A DNA stretch of 64,000 nucleotides from Podarcis muralis (lineage: Eukaryota). Numbering within the stretch: the stretch's first letter is position 1; every line of letters begins with the position of its first letter. The notes under the pieces were generated by a model. It saw only the letters and a list, made by a program, of their open reading frames with translations, did not search any database and was not told the DNA's origin. The stretch is taken from the NCBI RefSeq assembly GCF_964188315.1, contig NC_135655.1, positions 46,190,001 through 46,254,000 on the forward strand. The letters are read 5' to 3'. Shown here one piece after another: positions 10,381 through 25,001 of the stretch. The position numbers and the translations under genes were made by a program.

Positions 10381-13066
10381 TAATTATGGTTAGTAAGGAA
10401 AATACTCAAATCTGTTCCAGCCTGCTTTTATTTTTACTTCTCACACACATGCACATAAACAATCTGATTTAGATTCAAATTCAAAATCCGCACAAGCAAA
10501 TTACCTACGGCACATGTGTAGGCGTCTGCCTGTTCCTCTGCATCAAACAGCTTTAATCAGCCTTTCCACACTATTTTTTTGATTGCAGTTTATATAATAA
10601 TGTCACATGGGTAAGAGTTCTATAAAAGTAAATTTAACTCATTCTAGGATGGAATTCTGTAAGCCTATTTGGCTGTTGGTTATTTGTGACTGAAAAAAGG
10701 CCTCCCACGGCTGAGACAAAGAAAAAGTCAAGAATCTATTACTTTTTTTAAAAAGAAATCACAGCATAGGGTGCTATCCTGTTAAACCCACTGAAATCAA
10801 GGGACTTTAATTTTCACAATTAAAAAGTTATAGGTGGCAATTTATCAATTAAAATTCCAGCCCCTTTATTTTACTGCCGAAACCATTAGCCTACAAGCGG
10901 CAACCATTTTATTACGTCCAACTGATGCACAATTGCCAGTGCATGGGTCCTTTTGGACCCAGAAGAGGACAGAACAGGGGTGTAATGGGGGGCAGGGCAT
11001 AACACAGCAGGGTATGCTTCACAGTAGAGTGAACAGAAGCCTTTCCAATCAAGTGAATAGATGTTTTACCCACAATGCAAACTGCATCCCCACCCTGTCC
11101 CACTCCTGGTCTAGATCCAGAGGCTCAGTTGGCTGGATGGGAATCCTTCAGCCACCTGACAAGAAGTTCCTCATCACTACCATAGAATAGGGCCAGCTTT
11201 ATTGCACTAAAAAAAGGTAAAAGACTAGAGGAGACTCCTCCTCTAGCAGGTGATACTAATACAAATACAAGATGATTGCTGTGAGACTTGAGCATTCTCT
11301 GTGTTGCCCTTCCATCTGGAGCTGGCTATGGGGTTCTATCCAGTGTCAATCAAGCCTTGTGTATCTCAGTGCAGGTCTGAATATATTTTGCTTTACTTGA
11401 CCAATATCTATTAAAGTCAGCTCCAAATTTTCATCCAATTACATTTTTCTCTCTCTGTTACACAGTGCTATTCGCTATTACACATAATTTATCTTTCGTG
11501 GGAGACAAGAACTTCACCTGACTATTGGCTACACTCTCCATGATTATAGTTCTAGAAGATTTAATTAATTAGGGACATGGGCTGCTGATGTGAGATACCA
11601 AAACCATTAAAAATGAAATTTAATATGCTTTAAGGCGCCTTCTTTCAGCATCTTCCATGTCACTGTCACACCCCCCCCCCACACCCCCACAGTGTCACAC
11701 TAAGGAAATGGCTATTATCATCAACTTAATGCTTTTAGTGGTATAAAAGATAAATACAAAACTGCAGAGATATGCGAAACCTATGTGACTCATCTGTAAA
11801 CTCTATACTGCGCCACAGTGTGGAGGTTGGTTTCTTCACTTCAGAATGCAGATGCTGAGAGATGGCAAATCACAACAATTTTGTGCTAATTCATATTTGC
11901 CTCATAACTCACGCCCTCCTAAAATAAAGCTAAATTATATGTTTAATCTGCAGAGAGACTAAGAGTAACAAAGAAGTAAGAAACATGGGTTGATTTCACT
12001 CAAAAGTAGTTTCAAATTGTCACAGATACGTTTATAATTAATTTCCAGAGTAGTAACTGTGTTTAGTCTGCTGCAGCCTCGTGGCATCTCAAAGACTAAC
12101 CAAACTTATAATTAATGCGAGCAAATGAAAGACAGCACTTGTGTGCACATGCATTTGCATGTAAAAAGGAAAAGCATTCAACTGAGTGGATTTTGCAAAG
12201 CACCAAGTGAGCAAGCTGGTCAACTGGCTAATCAAACAGTATTGCTAACTCAGTCTCCTATTATTTCACAGCAGTCAAGTCCTTCAGGATGCCAAGAATG
12301 CTCTTGTGTAGGTCGCTGCCTACCTTTTCATTTGCATCCTGGTGTGACATTTGATGGTAATGGGGAGTGTAAGGGCCCTTTGCTCTCAAGCTCCGCATAC
12401 ACACCACCCACTCACCCCTTATTTAAGAGCGGACATCCTTAGCCCTAAACAACATCCATGGCAATATTTAGAAACTGACTTTATATTTCATACAAAAGTA
12501 CCTGAAAGCAGAAATTGCTCTAAATATTTGAGAGTGTTTTCTTGTGTCGTGCTTTTTACCGGGATACAGAATGCAAAATAGAAAATATGTGCTTTGCAGG
12601 ACAAGTGAGAAGTTTCATCTGTACAGAAACAACTATTTTTGTTGTTAAATACACGTGAGAAGCTACTGGGAAAAGACTAGGCCCCTAGCTTCTTCTTTTT
12701 ACATACATTTGCTTTTTCACTTGCTTCACTAGAATTATGCCTGTACTTTGTATCAGTGAAAGTACAACAATATAGTACAGCAAACTATCACGATCACATT
12801 ATCAAGGAAGATATTCAGCAACATAGAGTGGAATCAGACAACCATTTATCAAATGTGAATGAAATCATTTTGTGAGCTGGTTGTCTATCATCCTGCCAAA
12901 TAGAAAGGAGAACTTTGCCCACGTATCAGAGGCAAACATATGGTTATTCTTCAGGATCTTTGTTATTAGCCAATTCAAAAAATGGTTCATGGTTTGAAGC
13001 ATAACTTGAAAACATGTTCAAGTTAAATAATTCCATCTAGCTAACTGGGTCTTTGTGAGTTGTTCT

Positions 13067-13125
13067 TGCTATTTCCTGTTCCACATTCTGATGTCCCTGC
13101 TATTTCCTGTTCCACGTTCTGATGT
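13067..13125. repeat. Two-copy tandem duplication, 31-bp period
   Basis: TGCTATTTCCTGTTCCAC(A/G)TTCTGATGT at 13067 and 13098. Confidence 0.85.
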
Positions 13126-16100
13126 GGGCTGTGTTCCCACCTCAGAATAGGAAGCAAATATGTAGAAAAAAAGAAGAGACAATCCCTAGGACTATGTTGT
13201 CTCTCCCATACATGGGATTTTCCAGAGTAGAGAAGAGGTCATGGAAGAATTTCAGCGCATGGGACTGTTGAATTAAAAAGGCTCAGTACCCAAGATCATG
13301 ACACTCCTGACTGTCCTAAATGAATTGACAAGCAAGAATAGCCAGTGATCACTACCTGTGGACAAATATTTTGTGGGTTACTGAGCCTATAATAATTCCT
13401 GGGTGCTGGATAAATTGGTTGCATCTGGTTATTTTACCAGTTGATCAAGGTCCTCTAGTATAACTGGGCTCCTGATACGATGCTATGTTGATGAGAAGAT
13501 AATTTAGAAAAGGATATATGTGAATAGTCATTTAGTGGAGATGAGCTACTATCTAAACCAAAATATTGGTTAATTTTCTGGGGGCAGAGGGGGCTGCACT
13601 GTGTTGGAGGAATCAGTGTTGTAGGACTCAGGTGCTCTTCATGCACAAGCAGAAACATGTCTACTAGTGCAAAGCCTCCTGTGGTGAGGCTGTAAGAGAT
13701 GCTGAGGCTGTTTTTCTTCCCACCCATGTCAGGAGGGTGAGGTTGGAAGAACAGAGGCAGGAGACAGGTTTTTTTCTGCTTTATAAGCCACAGAGAAAGA
13801 GGAAGAAAGGAAGGTGGAGGACATGGCAAAGAGAGAAACAGAAAGATATCCTCAATCCTATCCTATAATGAGCTGGGGCTTTCAGGTCCAAAGCATGGGC
13901 CAAGAGCTCTAAGCCCTGTCCTCTGGTGTAAGAGGGGCCTGAAAATGATCTAAAGGTTATGGTCTTCTGGAGGATATCCTACCACCTTTGGAAAGAACCA
14001 TATACTTTGGCCCAGAATATAAATGCACTGAAATTCTGACAGTTCTAAATATGGCTAGTATATTCTTAGACAACACACACATGATAAACACCTGACCTAC
14101 ACAAAGCACACTATAGGAAGTGCATGGGAAGCAGACAGAGAAAGAAGGTAACTCCAGCAACTGTATCCTCCTGGCACTGATGCAGCCAACAGGCCCCCAG
14201 GCTCTGTACTAAAAAATCATTTTCATATGTCTAATTAAAGTCCCTTCTTCAAAATCAATTGTCCCAACTTTACCGCACAGACTAATTTTGCTTTCATAAA
14301 TACAGAAGAGGAAATCGGTAAGACTCAAAACCTCAAGGTAGAGAGAGAACCTTCTCCCAAACAATCAAAATAAATAAGGGAGGAAAGGAAGAATACATGA
14401 AACACCTTCCTTTTTGTTTGAGCTTCATCTGGCTATCTTAAGAATGAAAAATCAGCACAATAGTTGGTAAGGGCTCGAGGAGATTCCACCCAACACCTGC
14501 TGTTGCAGTTGGCTTAATAGCAGTCCTTTGCTAGATTTGACAATTACACCCACATTCCCCTGTGAGGGATTAATTGTTTGCTAAAAATAAAAAGAAGATT
14601 TGCATTTCAAGTGAACTGCCTGAGCAGTGTGCTATTTCACAGAAGGTGAAATTAATCAACCTTCTTGCTGATGAACCCAGATTTTATTTCAGATGTCCAG
14701 ACTTAAATTGAACCCAACAAAAATATGTATTTTAGTATGTTCTACAGCTCACTAGAACAACACACAGTAATAAAATTAATCATATACCATGGCACTGATG
14801 AGGAACCTTTTGCCCACAGGTCTAATTAGGCCTCTGCATTTGGTCCACAAGGTGTTGCCAGGTGTGGGACAGGTAAAGGTGCCTGAGAAACCCTGTACCT
14901 TTGCAAATGGTACCAATCAGCTAATAGGTGATCATTGCAATTGTACAGAAGGGAGTTGCAAGAGCCAACTATCAGCTGTGCCTACAAGCACCATGATGGT
15001 CGCTGCCTGAAACGGCACAACGGGGATTGGTAAGCACTGGCAATCAGCCGATTGGTGGTGCCTGCAAAGCCCTATACATTGGCTCAAACAGTTCGATGTC
15101 AAACCATGTAAGAAAAGGAAAACAAACCACCCGATGTCAATCAGTCATTTTATTTGTATGCCACTTTTCCAAAGTTAAAACCATGTTCAAGGTGGCTTAC
15201 AACGTATAAAAACTACATAACTACAAATATAACAAAACTAGACATAAACAATAAACAAAACTTCAAAAAGTATGCAACAAAATCAAACAACTTCCACATA
15301 GATCCTAAACTCCAAAATAAAAATATAAAATATAAGCAGCAGCACTAATCTCCGCCAACAACCCTCCTAAACAACCCCCAGACCACAATACTGTTCAGCA
15401 GCCTCAGCTTTCGTAGCTGGAGTCAGTCAAGGACCTAACCTCCTGGCTAGGTGGGAAAAGGCCTGCAAGGCAGGGAGGGAGGGAGCAGGACTTCCAACCA
15501 AGATGTCACTGTACCATCAGTTGACTGACATCCTGCCCATCTGTCAAAGTCAGGCACAGGAATAAGGAGGTAAAGATCTGGCCTGCTGGCCTAAACCACT
15601 TCCCCATCCTATGGGTTGGAGCCAGAATTCCCCTTCACAAATGGAATGCCCGTTCTTTTCTTCATTACACCCTGAAGGCTTCTGGACCAGCAGGGGGATC
15701 CTGGGGGCTGAAGGAGTGGGAGGCAACACTTGACTATTCCTCTCTCTTCCTGCAGTCCTCAGTGTCATTTCCCACACTGTTCCCCAACTCTCCAGAGCAT
15801 GTTTTCAGAGAATGCAATGCAACAGGCTGCAGTGGAAGAGGAAAACCAGCCAAGGTCGCCTCCCTCTCCTTCTATTTGTAGAACCAAAGTCTTGATTTAA
15901 GCCTAGGAATTAAGCCAAATGGTTTCACATGTACACATATGGATCTGGCATATAAGAGGTACAATGGGAAAGAAAGAAGCACCTACTATAGCTTCATGGC
16001 ATCCTGGCAAATTCATGAACTTCATTTTCAGCATCCACACAGTAAAAAGTAAAACCTAGAGAAAACAAACAATATGCCACTATTACAAAACGTTCAGGGG

Positions 16101-17699
16101 ACAATCAGTTGTTACAAATGACAACAACAATGATAATGCAAATCAAGAAGAAAGGGTGGAAAGGCTAAGTCGATGTAAGAGAAACAATTTCCAAAAATCC
16201 AGGGACAGGGTTCAAATCAATTGGGTGCAAACAGAGGGCAGACGTATTTAATTCAAAACAACTGTTCACTTCATTTTGTAAAAATCTATTCACTGTTTTT
16301 GAACTCCTGAAAACGCATATGGTTTCCTGAGGATACACACTAGAATGCCAACCAATACAAGAGGCATACTGAGCATAGTGATACCTTGCTGTTGTAAAAA
16401 AAAAAAAAAGTAGTGTGTGAGAGAAACCACAAAACAATCCCTTCAATAGATGCCTAGACATATTTCACAAGAACAAAATATGTGGGAAATTGGATAGCGC
16501 TTAGTATATTTGGCTGGTTTATTTCATCTATATCTATACTTCTGTCTCAAAAGAGTCACTCAAGGTGGCTTACGTCAGTAAAAAATACAAAACAATAAAA
16601 CCATGATATTTTGAATTATATTGGGAGAACAGAGACAGCAAGTTAAAAAAAAATAATTTAACAAAAGTAAACAAAATCAACCAGCCACCTGGGAAGACAA
16701 ATGACTGTCAGAATAATAAAAGGCCTTCACAAGGTGATGCAAAAGCATCAAGAAGGGAGCCAACTAAACCTCCCTAGGCTGAAGTCCCCCATTCTGGGTG
16801 CAACCACAGATGGATGGAAGGTGGTCTGCTCTTGATGGGGTTAGACTCCCTGTGAAGGAGTGGCTTGGGGGTACTTCTGAATCCATTGATGTCACTTGAG
16901 GCTCAGGTGGCCTCAGTGGCTCAGAGTGTCTTCCATCAGCTTCAACCGGTGGCCCAGCTGTGTCCACAAACAGTATTAGCATCACATTAATTTTGTTTGG
17001 CACTGCGGAGTCTGCTGGCTTGTTTGGCATGTATAAAATATCACCAATATTACAATTCAAAATGTGAGCTTATGCAGGTGCCAGGTAGCCTGACATACAG
17101 TGTGTGGAACCTGTGCCTTGGTCAATTTTAAAATCCACAACGTACATATGGCATTTTTAAGCCTAGCTCTCATCACACCCTGAAGTAACAGCCTTGTTGC
17201 TTCTGTTTAAAAAGTTTCATCTAACAGGAGGACAATAACAGAGCAGAACTTAATTAAACAGAGAAAGGCTGTGATATTTAAATGAAAAAAAGAGCTATGA
17301 ATATTCTATTGACTGTAAAGATCACTCGAGGTATCAAAAGCCAGGACCAATATACTGGCAGAATACAAACTTAGTTGACATTCCAAGGAATTACCAAATT
17401 AATCAAAATGTGTTGGTATGAGATAAAAATTCTATACAATATGTGAGCTCAAAAGGGCATTAACTGAACCGATTTCTTGAAAATAGTACAATTTTAGAAC
17501 AGAAATCACTTTATTTTAGATTTCCTTTTAGTGGCTAAATAGCCTTATAGAAGAAGGAACCCAACGCAGGCATAACTATGGGAAGGACCACCTCAAATCC
17601 TATTCCGGTTTTCCATTTCTCCAGTGAGAAGTCTTGATGACTTGTTGCATGTTGATTTTGTTTACTGTGAGTTTCAAAAAATGCACTGCTACATGTAAC

Positions 17700-19245
17700 C
17701 TGTCTTCAAGCGACTTCTATTCTGAAAGGTAATAAAATAATAAATATGCCACTAATTTGATGCTTTGCATCACCAAAATAAAAACACTTTTAATGAGAAC
17801 ATTTCCAACACAGATCTAATCCTACTTTGTACATCTTAACCAACCTACTCGGAGTTAAATACCATCTATGCATCATTTTCATATAATTCTCTTTCAAAGT
17901 ATAACATGTGGTAAATTTCAAATAATTCTTCTAGAGTTTCCCCCAGAAGTTTAGGTCTATGTTATGTCCTATGTCCATTGCCCAGTGTGTCATTAAAGCT
18001 TTGACTAACGCATCTTTCGTTTCCCATTCCAATAATGTTATACATTTTTTACAATAGTTTATCCTTATTCCATAATAGTTCTCTTTCAAACTGTGAGCTT
18101 TGATCTGGAAACCCATTTTTTAAATCTAATTTGAACATATCATATATTTGATGATACTGTAACCAATCCATAATTAAGCTCCTTACTTTTCCATTGGTTT
18201 CAATCTAGGTCCGCTCCCTGTGAATTCCAACAGATCTCTGTTGTGGCTCATTGCCTATCCATGTTAATTCTCTTGATTGTGATTGCTTCAATGGGTGATA
18301 ACCATAAGAGTTTTTTTCCCTTTCCAACAAGTTTGTACCAAACTCTATACAAATTTATCCTGATGTGGTTTGCAAAACTTTTATAAATTTTTGCTTTTCC
18401 ATACCAAAGACATGAATGCCAGCCAAACTTTAAATCATGGCATTCCAAGTCTAAAATATATGAATTTTCTAATACAATTCATTCTTTTAACCAACATAAA
18501 CAAGCTGCCCCATAATACAATTGCAAGTCTGGCAGAGCAAAGCCTCCTCTTTTTTTTATCAATCAAAATTTTATGTTTAATCCTACACTTTTCCCCCTGC
18601 CAAATTTAGAAATATATTTTTTCCATTCTGAGGCAGCTTAAGTTGTTGACAAAAGGATCAATTGGAATAAAAACATCTTAGGTAATACATTCATTTAAAT
18701 GGCTGAAATTCTACCTAATAGGGAAATAATTCTTTCCCGTATCTCTATCTCTTTTTTAATGTCTTTCCACAGTTTAATATAATTATCTTGAAATATGTTG
18801 AGATTTCTCACTGTCAGCCAAATCCCCAAATACTTCTTTTTTTTACCTATTTTTAGGCCAGACTACCTTTCCAAAATCTCTTTCGACTGCTCATCTATGT
18901 TTTTAATCAACATTTTAGTCTTTTCTACATTTATTTTAAAGCCTGCCACTTTTCCAAACTTTTTAATTTCCTCTAAAAACCTTGGGAATGCTTACGTTAG
19001 GTTGTTCCACTGTTAAGACCACACCCTCCTCAAAAGCCTTTAATTTATAAGTTCTACACCCTAGTTCTATACCCTTAATATCTTTGTTTCCCCTTATATT
19101 CTGCAACAGTATTTCCAACGTTGTAATAAACAATAATGGGGATAGAGGGCAGCCTTGTCTAGTTCCCTTCTTTATTTAATAATCTGAGAGATTATTATTT
19201 ACTAATATTCTTGCAAACTGCTCAGTATATATTGCTTTGATTCCT
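17700..19245 (-). mobile_element. Degenerate L1/Tx1-clade LINE ORF2 (RT to C-terminal Cys region)
   Basis: Minus strand: KGTRQGCPLSP near 19140-19173 and KMMHRWYLTPSRLVKMYKVGLDLCWKC near 17800-17880; multiple stops and frameshifts. Ends approximate. Confidence 0.8.
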
Positions 19246-19524
19246 GCTAAGAAAGCCGAGAAGTTTGTTTTCTTGCTCTGTTTATCCCCACATTTTAACT
19301 CACTCCATCATCCAGAATACCTCAAATTCATGCATGCGTATCGCTACCACATCCTCAGTCACGGAGTCTTGAGTAGGTTCTTCTCACAAAATTATCTGTA
19401 CAGAGAATGCTAACACAGGGGTGGGGAATGTCACCTCCTGCCCCCAACATCCTGTCCCTACCATGCATACCCCATAAGTTTCTTATGTTATAGAAAGGTA
19501 TGAATGTGTCTTCTAAGCACAACT

Positions 19525-19690
19525 GACACAAGAGGAACACAAGAAGAACAACCCTGCAGGATTAGGTCAAAGGCCCATAGTCCAGCAGCCCGTACTCACA
19601 GTGGCTAGCTAGGTGTTCACGGGAAGCTCAAAGTCGGATGTGAGTGCAACAACACTCTTCCCACTTGAGATTCCCAGCAACTGTTAGGCA
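19525..19690 (-). mobile_element. Old CR1-3'UTR-related repeat fragment
   Basis: aagaagaacaaccctgcaggattaggtcaaaggcccatagtccagcagcc...ctcacagtggc resembles the abundant reptile CR1-tail repeat. Confidence 0.5.
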
Positions 19691-20737
19691 GAGACCTGCT
19701 GTGTTATCCAGGTTCCTGATCATGAGGAGGCTCCTAAGCATGTTCAGCTGACTGCTCTTAGAAGGTCCCTTTAGACCTTCCTGCTCAACACAGGAGGGTT
19801 GATGGTACAGCATTCATGGCTGACACACACAGCTCTACAGAGCTTACTCACCTTGTCATTACAGGTATATCATCTGATTAGCACTACAGTGTCACAACAT
19901 TGTTTACCTTATTAGAATTCTAATGCATCATCTGTCATATGACACAGCTCTTTAGGAGAGAAATCTCAAAAATATATATATTAAATTTTTATTATTTTCA
20001 TTATTCATCACAAGCCAGACATATAACAACACAAAATTATTTAAGTTACGGGCTTGTACATAGCAAAGTACAGTAAAGAAGCAAGGAAAGTATCCACCAA
20101 TGTAATATTATGAGAACTCCCATCTTATCACAAGGTTCCTGTGCTTCATGCATTACTCACTTTCAGTGTTTCCCCACATGGCCTCTCCACATAGGCGTCT
20201 GAGAGATTTTAAATTGCTAAATTTCAAGAATCCATATGTTGTTGGGACAGCTAAACGTCTATCTATTGAAACAAGAAGGTACCTGAAAAGAATAAAATAA
20301 TTGCTAGATACTTCCAGAGGAAAGTGGCTGCTATATTCTGCGAGTCTCATCACAACTTTCCGGACACAGAAACCTATTTATTTGACTAAATAAAGAGTTT
20401 AAGAAGATAAAACAACATTACTGCACTATTGTGATTCTGCTCTGCTATCCAGCTGCCAGTTTTAGACATGGTGGATTTAGAAACAGAGGCTTCTAACAGA
20501 CTGTGTTTGATTGCCAGCATCTTTGTCCTCTTACAAGTTCCTTTCCCCCTATTCCTTGAAAGCACATATCCTGTTAGAAACAGTATGTGGCTGGCTGCCA
20601 AAGAAAGTTAAATAGATGCACTTGACTTAAAATATATTGGTTATCTACCTGTGGAAAATTACTTCTCCACATAGAACAAATGCCCCTAACAACTCATCCC
20701 CATCCATCCATCCCATTGCTTCGCAACCTTCCCTATA

Positions 20738-20979
20738 CAGTGGTACCTCGGGTTACATATGCTTCAGGTTACATACGCTTCAGGTTACAGACTCCGCTAA
20801 CCCAGAAATAGTGCTTCAGGTTAAGAACTTTGCTTCAGGATAAGAACAGAAATCGGGCTCCGGCGGCGCGGCAGCAGCAGGAGGCCCCATTAGCTAAAGT
20901 GGTGCTTCAGGTTAAGAACAGTTTCAGGTTAAGAACGGACCTCCGGAACGAATGAAGTACTTAACCTGAGGTACCACTG
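20738..20979 (+). mobile_element. Tigger/pogo-type MITE (Tc1/mariner superfamily)
   Basis: TIR CAGTGGTACCTCGGGTTA ... TAACCTGAGGTACCACTG, TA TSD on both sides, internal repeated GCTTCAGGTTAAGAAC motifs. Confidence 0.9.
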
Positions 20980-21069
20980 TATCTGATACTACTTCCCACA
21001 CCTCATTCCTCTCATTCTTCCCCTCCACATCTCCATGCTGTATCATCTTCCTTCTCTCTGGGACCAAGT

Positions 21070-21316
21070 GAAGAGTTTGGATTTGATTTGATATCCTGCC
21101 TTTCACTCCCTTTAAGGAGTCTCAAAGCGGCTAACATTCTCCTTTCCCTTCTTCCCCCACAACAAACACTCTGTGAGGTGAGTGGGGCTGAGAGACTTCA
21201 GAGAAGTGTGACTGGCCCAAGGTCACCCAGCAGCTGCATGTGGAGGAGCGGAGACGCGAACCCGGTTCCCCAGATTACGTGACTACCGCTCTTAACCACT
21301 ACACCACACTGGCTCT
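21070..21316 (-). mobile_element. Squam3-like tRNA-derived SINE
   Basis: Minus strand begins gagagccagtgtggtgtagtggttaagagcggtag (tRNA head/A box), contains a CORE-like gggtgaccttgggccagtcac, ends gatatcaaatc...aaactcttc. Confidence 0.75.
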
Positions 21317-23264
21317 CAGTGCACTGCCATACACTTTCAACATGGTGGAGTCCCAGTACTGATCTCCCCGCCTCTCCTCTGTTAAATAATAAAACCAAAA
21401 TACATTAACTACGCTGTCTAGCTTGGCCTATATAGATAGGGAAGTGACACTTTCAGGTTTAATTCACTAACATCCAGTGTATAACGCTGTATGTTGTTGC
21501 AAAGAATGGAACCTTTTACATACTTTGTTAGCAAGAATTATGAGTAATTTTCAATTGCAACTATAAAAAAATACATTTCTTAGTCCAAAACCCCCAAAAC
21601 CACTTGGGTTCATTAAGAACAGTAGAAAGACTTTTTACCAACCACTGTTTTTTAGTAAGTACTAAGAAAATAACTAGTAATAATAGATAATTAAAAATCA
21701 AATAAATTTAAGCTGCAATCCTATACAAACATACTTGGGATAAGTTCCCTTGAACCCAAGGGGGCTTACTTCTGAGTAGACATATACACTTTGAATTACT
21801 TAACAATTGCCCCTATTGCTGAATTATGTACAGGGTGCAGTCTTCTCTCCCAAATACAAAAACTGTTATTAAAAACTATATGGGAGCTTTATATGGTTAT
21901 CAATTTTCTCATGTTTGCAGGATGTTTTAAATTGTTTCTCTCTATTAATAAGATAATTGAGTATGTATATGTATGATTGAGTTCATTTTTATTATTATTA
22001 ATGTCATACTGTAACCTACAATGACGAGTGCCTTAGCCTGAAATGCACCGTGATCTGATGTTTTCTGCTGAAGTCACTTGATACCCATTTTTTTTAATTA
22101 TGTGGGTTTAGTCTTCCAGCTCAATTAAACTTTCAAGAAACAACTGGCATACTGGGAGTTGGGATAAAGATGCACTCTGCCCTGCTAAACATTTTAGGCA
22201 TCCTGGTGAATTGCCCGAAGCCCTAGTGTGTGAAGTTGCAATTATAAGAAGTTAGCAATTGAGGTCAGAAGCAGGGAATGGATTTATTCTGGACTAATTA
22301 ATCCAGATTTAGTGTGGTTTTTACAAGTGCCTGAAGGGCTCCAAGATAATGCAGAAGGCGGACTGGAAGTGTGAATGGACTGAATTCTAGTTTAAAGCAA
22401 GCAGGTTGAAACACGTCCCTTCTATTGCTAAAATGATTAGTGGAGTGCTATTTTCTCCAGGCAAGAATGTCACCTCTTAGGAGGCACCACACTGGAGCCA
22501 AAAAATGAATGAAGCACAGCTTTTCAAACTGAGTCTCTTATCTAACCGCTAAATCAAGAGTGTAATGCTTAATGAATTGAAGATATCTACAGGCACCCAG
22601 CTGGCAACTTTACAAGTCCCTGCTGCAGAAATTCATGCAAGGCTGGAACAGAGCAGGTCACAGCGCTCACGAAGCGAGTCCCAAACCCTTTGAGTATATT
22701 TCTGGGTAACATTCTGTAACTGCAAAAGAGAATCCAAGGAATCTGCTTTGCATAGGTATGTACAACATACTTTATTAATTATAAATTAGGTAGGGTTCAT
22801 GAGAACAAAAGAATTCTACCAGTGAATGTGCTGAACATTGGCAGGTTAATATTAGGCAAGCACCTGATTTGCAAACAGTTTAACACCACACTGAAACCCA
22901 CTGTATGCAACATGTTCAGAGCAAAAGAATTTGTGCTCCAATATTCTATACTAGGAAGGTCTTTATCCTTGATTTTTTTTTAAAAAAGCATATATTTTTA
23001 GAAATATTTCTTCATTAGTGGAAATACTAACAAGAATGCAGTTAGATAGGTGGGCTTCATGAGAAAATAAGTTCGATTAGGCAGTGGCTGTTAATTCCTA
23101 TGAGTGGCAGAGAACATTACAATAAAGGGGAAGGGGGAGAGAAACCTTCAATGGAAGTGAAAAGTTGTTGGTGTGTGTACAAAAGCTTCCAATTATTATT
23201 CAGACTAAACATATACACCGCAGAGACCTTTTAAAAATGCTCTTTACTATGAACTATAAGCATG

Positions 23265-23364
23265 ACCAAACTGCGGGAGGCAGTGGAAGACAGGAGTGCC
23301 TGGCGTGCTCTGGTCCATGGGGTCACGAAGAGTCGGACACGACTAAACGACTAAACAACAACAA
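23265..23364 (+). mobile_element. BovB (RTE) LINE 3' terminal fragment
   Basis: gcctggcgtgctctggtccatggggtcacgaagagtcggacacgactaaacgactaaacaacaacaa is the BovB 3' end; TSD ATAAGCATG at 23256-23264 and 23365-23373. Confidence 0.9.
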
Positions 23365-25001
23365 ATAAGCATGTGCCATAAAGCATCTTATATGCAGCTG
23401 AAGAGGATACAATATTTACATTCCCGCCTTCAGATACGATTTGAAGAAAATGTTTAGAAGTCATAACTTAATTGAAAGTAATTGGAAATAGTTACCCAGA
23501 GACACAGTTAAAGATGATGTAGTGTAGTCTAGCTATAAAAGGGAGGAATTGCCCATGTTCTCCCAGCTTGGGGAACTATGGTCTGTTTAAACTAGGGGAT
23601 GGAAACAAACCGGAATCTGAAAACATGGTTTGCTCTTGTTGGTTGTCAAACACAACACAGGTTAAACAAGCCACAATTCCTGAAGTTTGATCACCACGGG
23701 AAACTATGATCTCAGGCAGTGACCATTTTGCACACGTCCAATTGATGTGTGGGTCCTTTTGGACGTGGTAGAAGGCTGAATGGGGCGGAACAGGCTTATG
23801 CGCACTCCACCCCATGCAAAGTGGGTGCCACCTGTAACATAAAATCAAAAGCAGAAGCTTTTGACAGAAAAGAAGAAAAAAGAAGCATATAAGCCCAAGC
23901 ATTATGCAAACTGGTGTAGTGTACTAGGGTTCTATCCAAAGTACTACTTTGGATTTATACTTGTGCACCCGGAACTGGTCTGTGACCGTAATAATAAAAT
24001 AAAATTCAATTCAATACTTGTGCAAAAGGACTTTCCCCATCTCCTCCCCTAAACCTCTTCTAGTGGTTCCCCCAAATGTCCAGAGAAGCTCTGGGGCTGG
24101 ATGGGGAAATCCTTGTGCTGACAGGACGTGTTTGTTGTATACTGTCCCAAATCACAAATTCATGAACTCTCAGGACATCTTAGGTAAATCATCCTAATTG
24201 ACAATATGGGGATAATACGAGCTGTTGTGAGGCTTACTGAGATAACGTGTGAATAACTATTTGAAAACTTGAAATGGGCTATATAAATATTTATTGTTAT
24301 ATTAAGTATTCCATTTACACAAGCACTGCCACTGGAAGATTCTTTGGAACAGTACAAAAAAAAACCCATGAAGGTGACTTTGTACTAAGCTGAGAAGCTT
24401 CAAGGGGGGGGGGGGGGATCTCTAGTTGCTGTGTCAGCATGGCATAATCAGCTATTAGATATCCCTCAGCGATACTGCTTGATGCTATCACACAGCAGCA
24501 GTTCCTTTCAACTCCTTTTAAAGGAATTAACAGAGCACTGCATTACCTATGTTTGTCTAATATCTCAATGACCCAGACAACATTTTACTTTGCTGAAATC
24601 AGAGAGTCTCCCTGCTTCTTTCAGTCTTACTCATCTCCGCATTTACTCACTATGCCAGCCACCAACAGATTCAAAACTAAGCTTAGCATAGGACGTTAAT
24701 GTATTGGCCAAACACACCACATCAGACCAAGCTTGGAATTTCTAAAGACCTTTTCTGAGATCGACTTTTTGGGTCGTACCCAGGCTCAGTAATGCTTATT
24801 GTTCAGCAGCGGCAGCCAATGTGGTGGCTGTGAGTGCAGTGGCCCTTGAGGTCTTCCTATTGGTCCCAAAGAAAGCTCTGAGTTCCCTACACACTGCCTT
24901 TGGTCATGAGGTGATGAGAATAGTTACTTCTTTTTCCTCTTGAAAAGTACACACTGTTAAAGGAGGAAGTTGGAAGGGTGAAAATCTCCCACTTAACTAT
25001 A

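Noticed and set aside
19852-19931. Strong minus-strand donor AAG|GTGAGT with nearby AG acceptors (similar donors at 4153 and 4406) as SIPA1L1 5'UTR exons
   Set aside because: Such motifs are expected by chance in 60 kb, and there is no independent support from the sequence.
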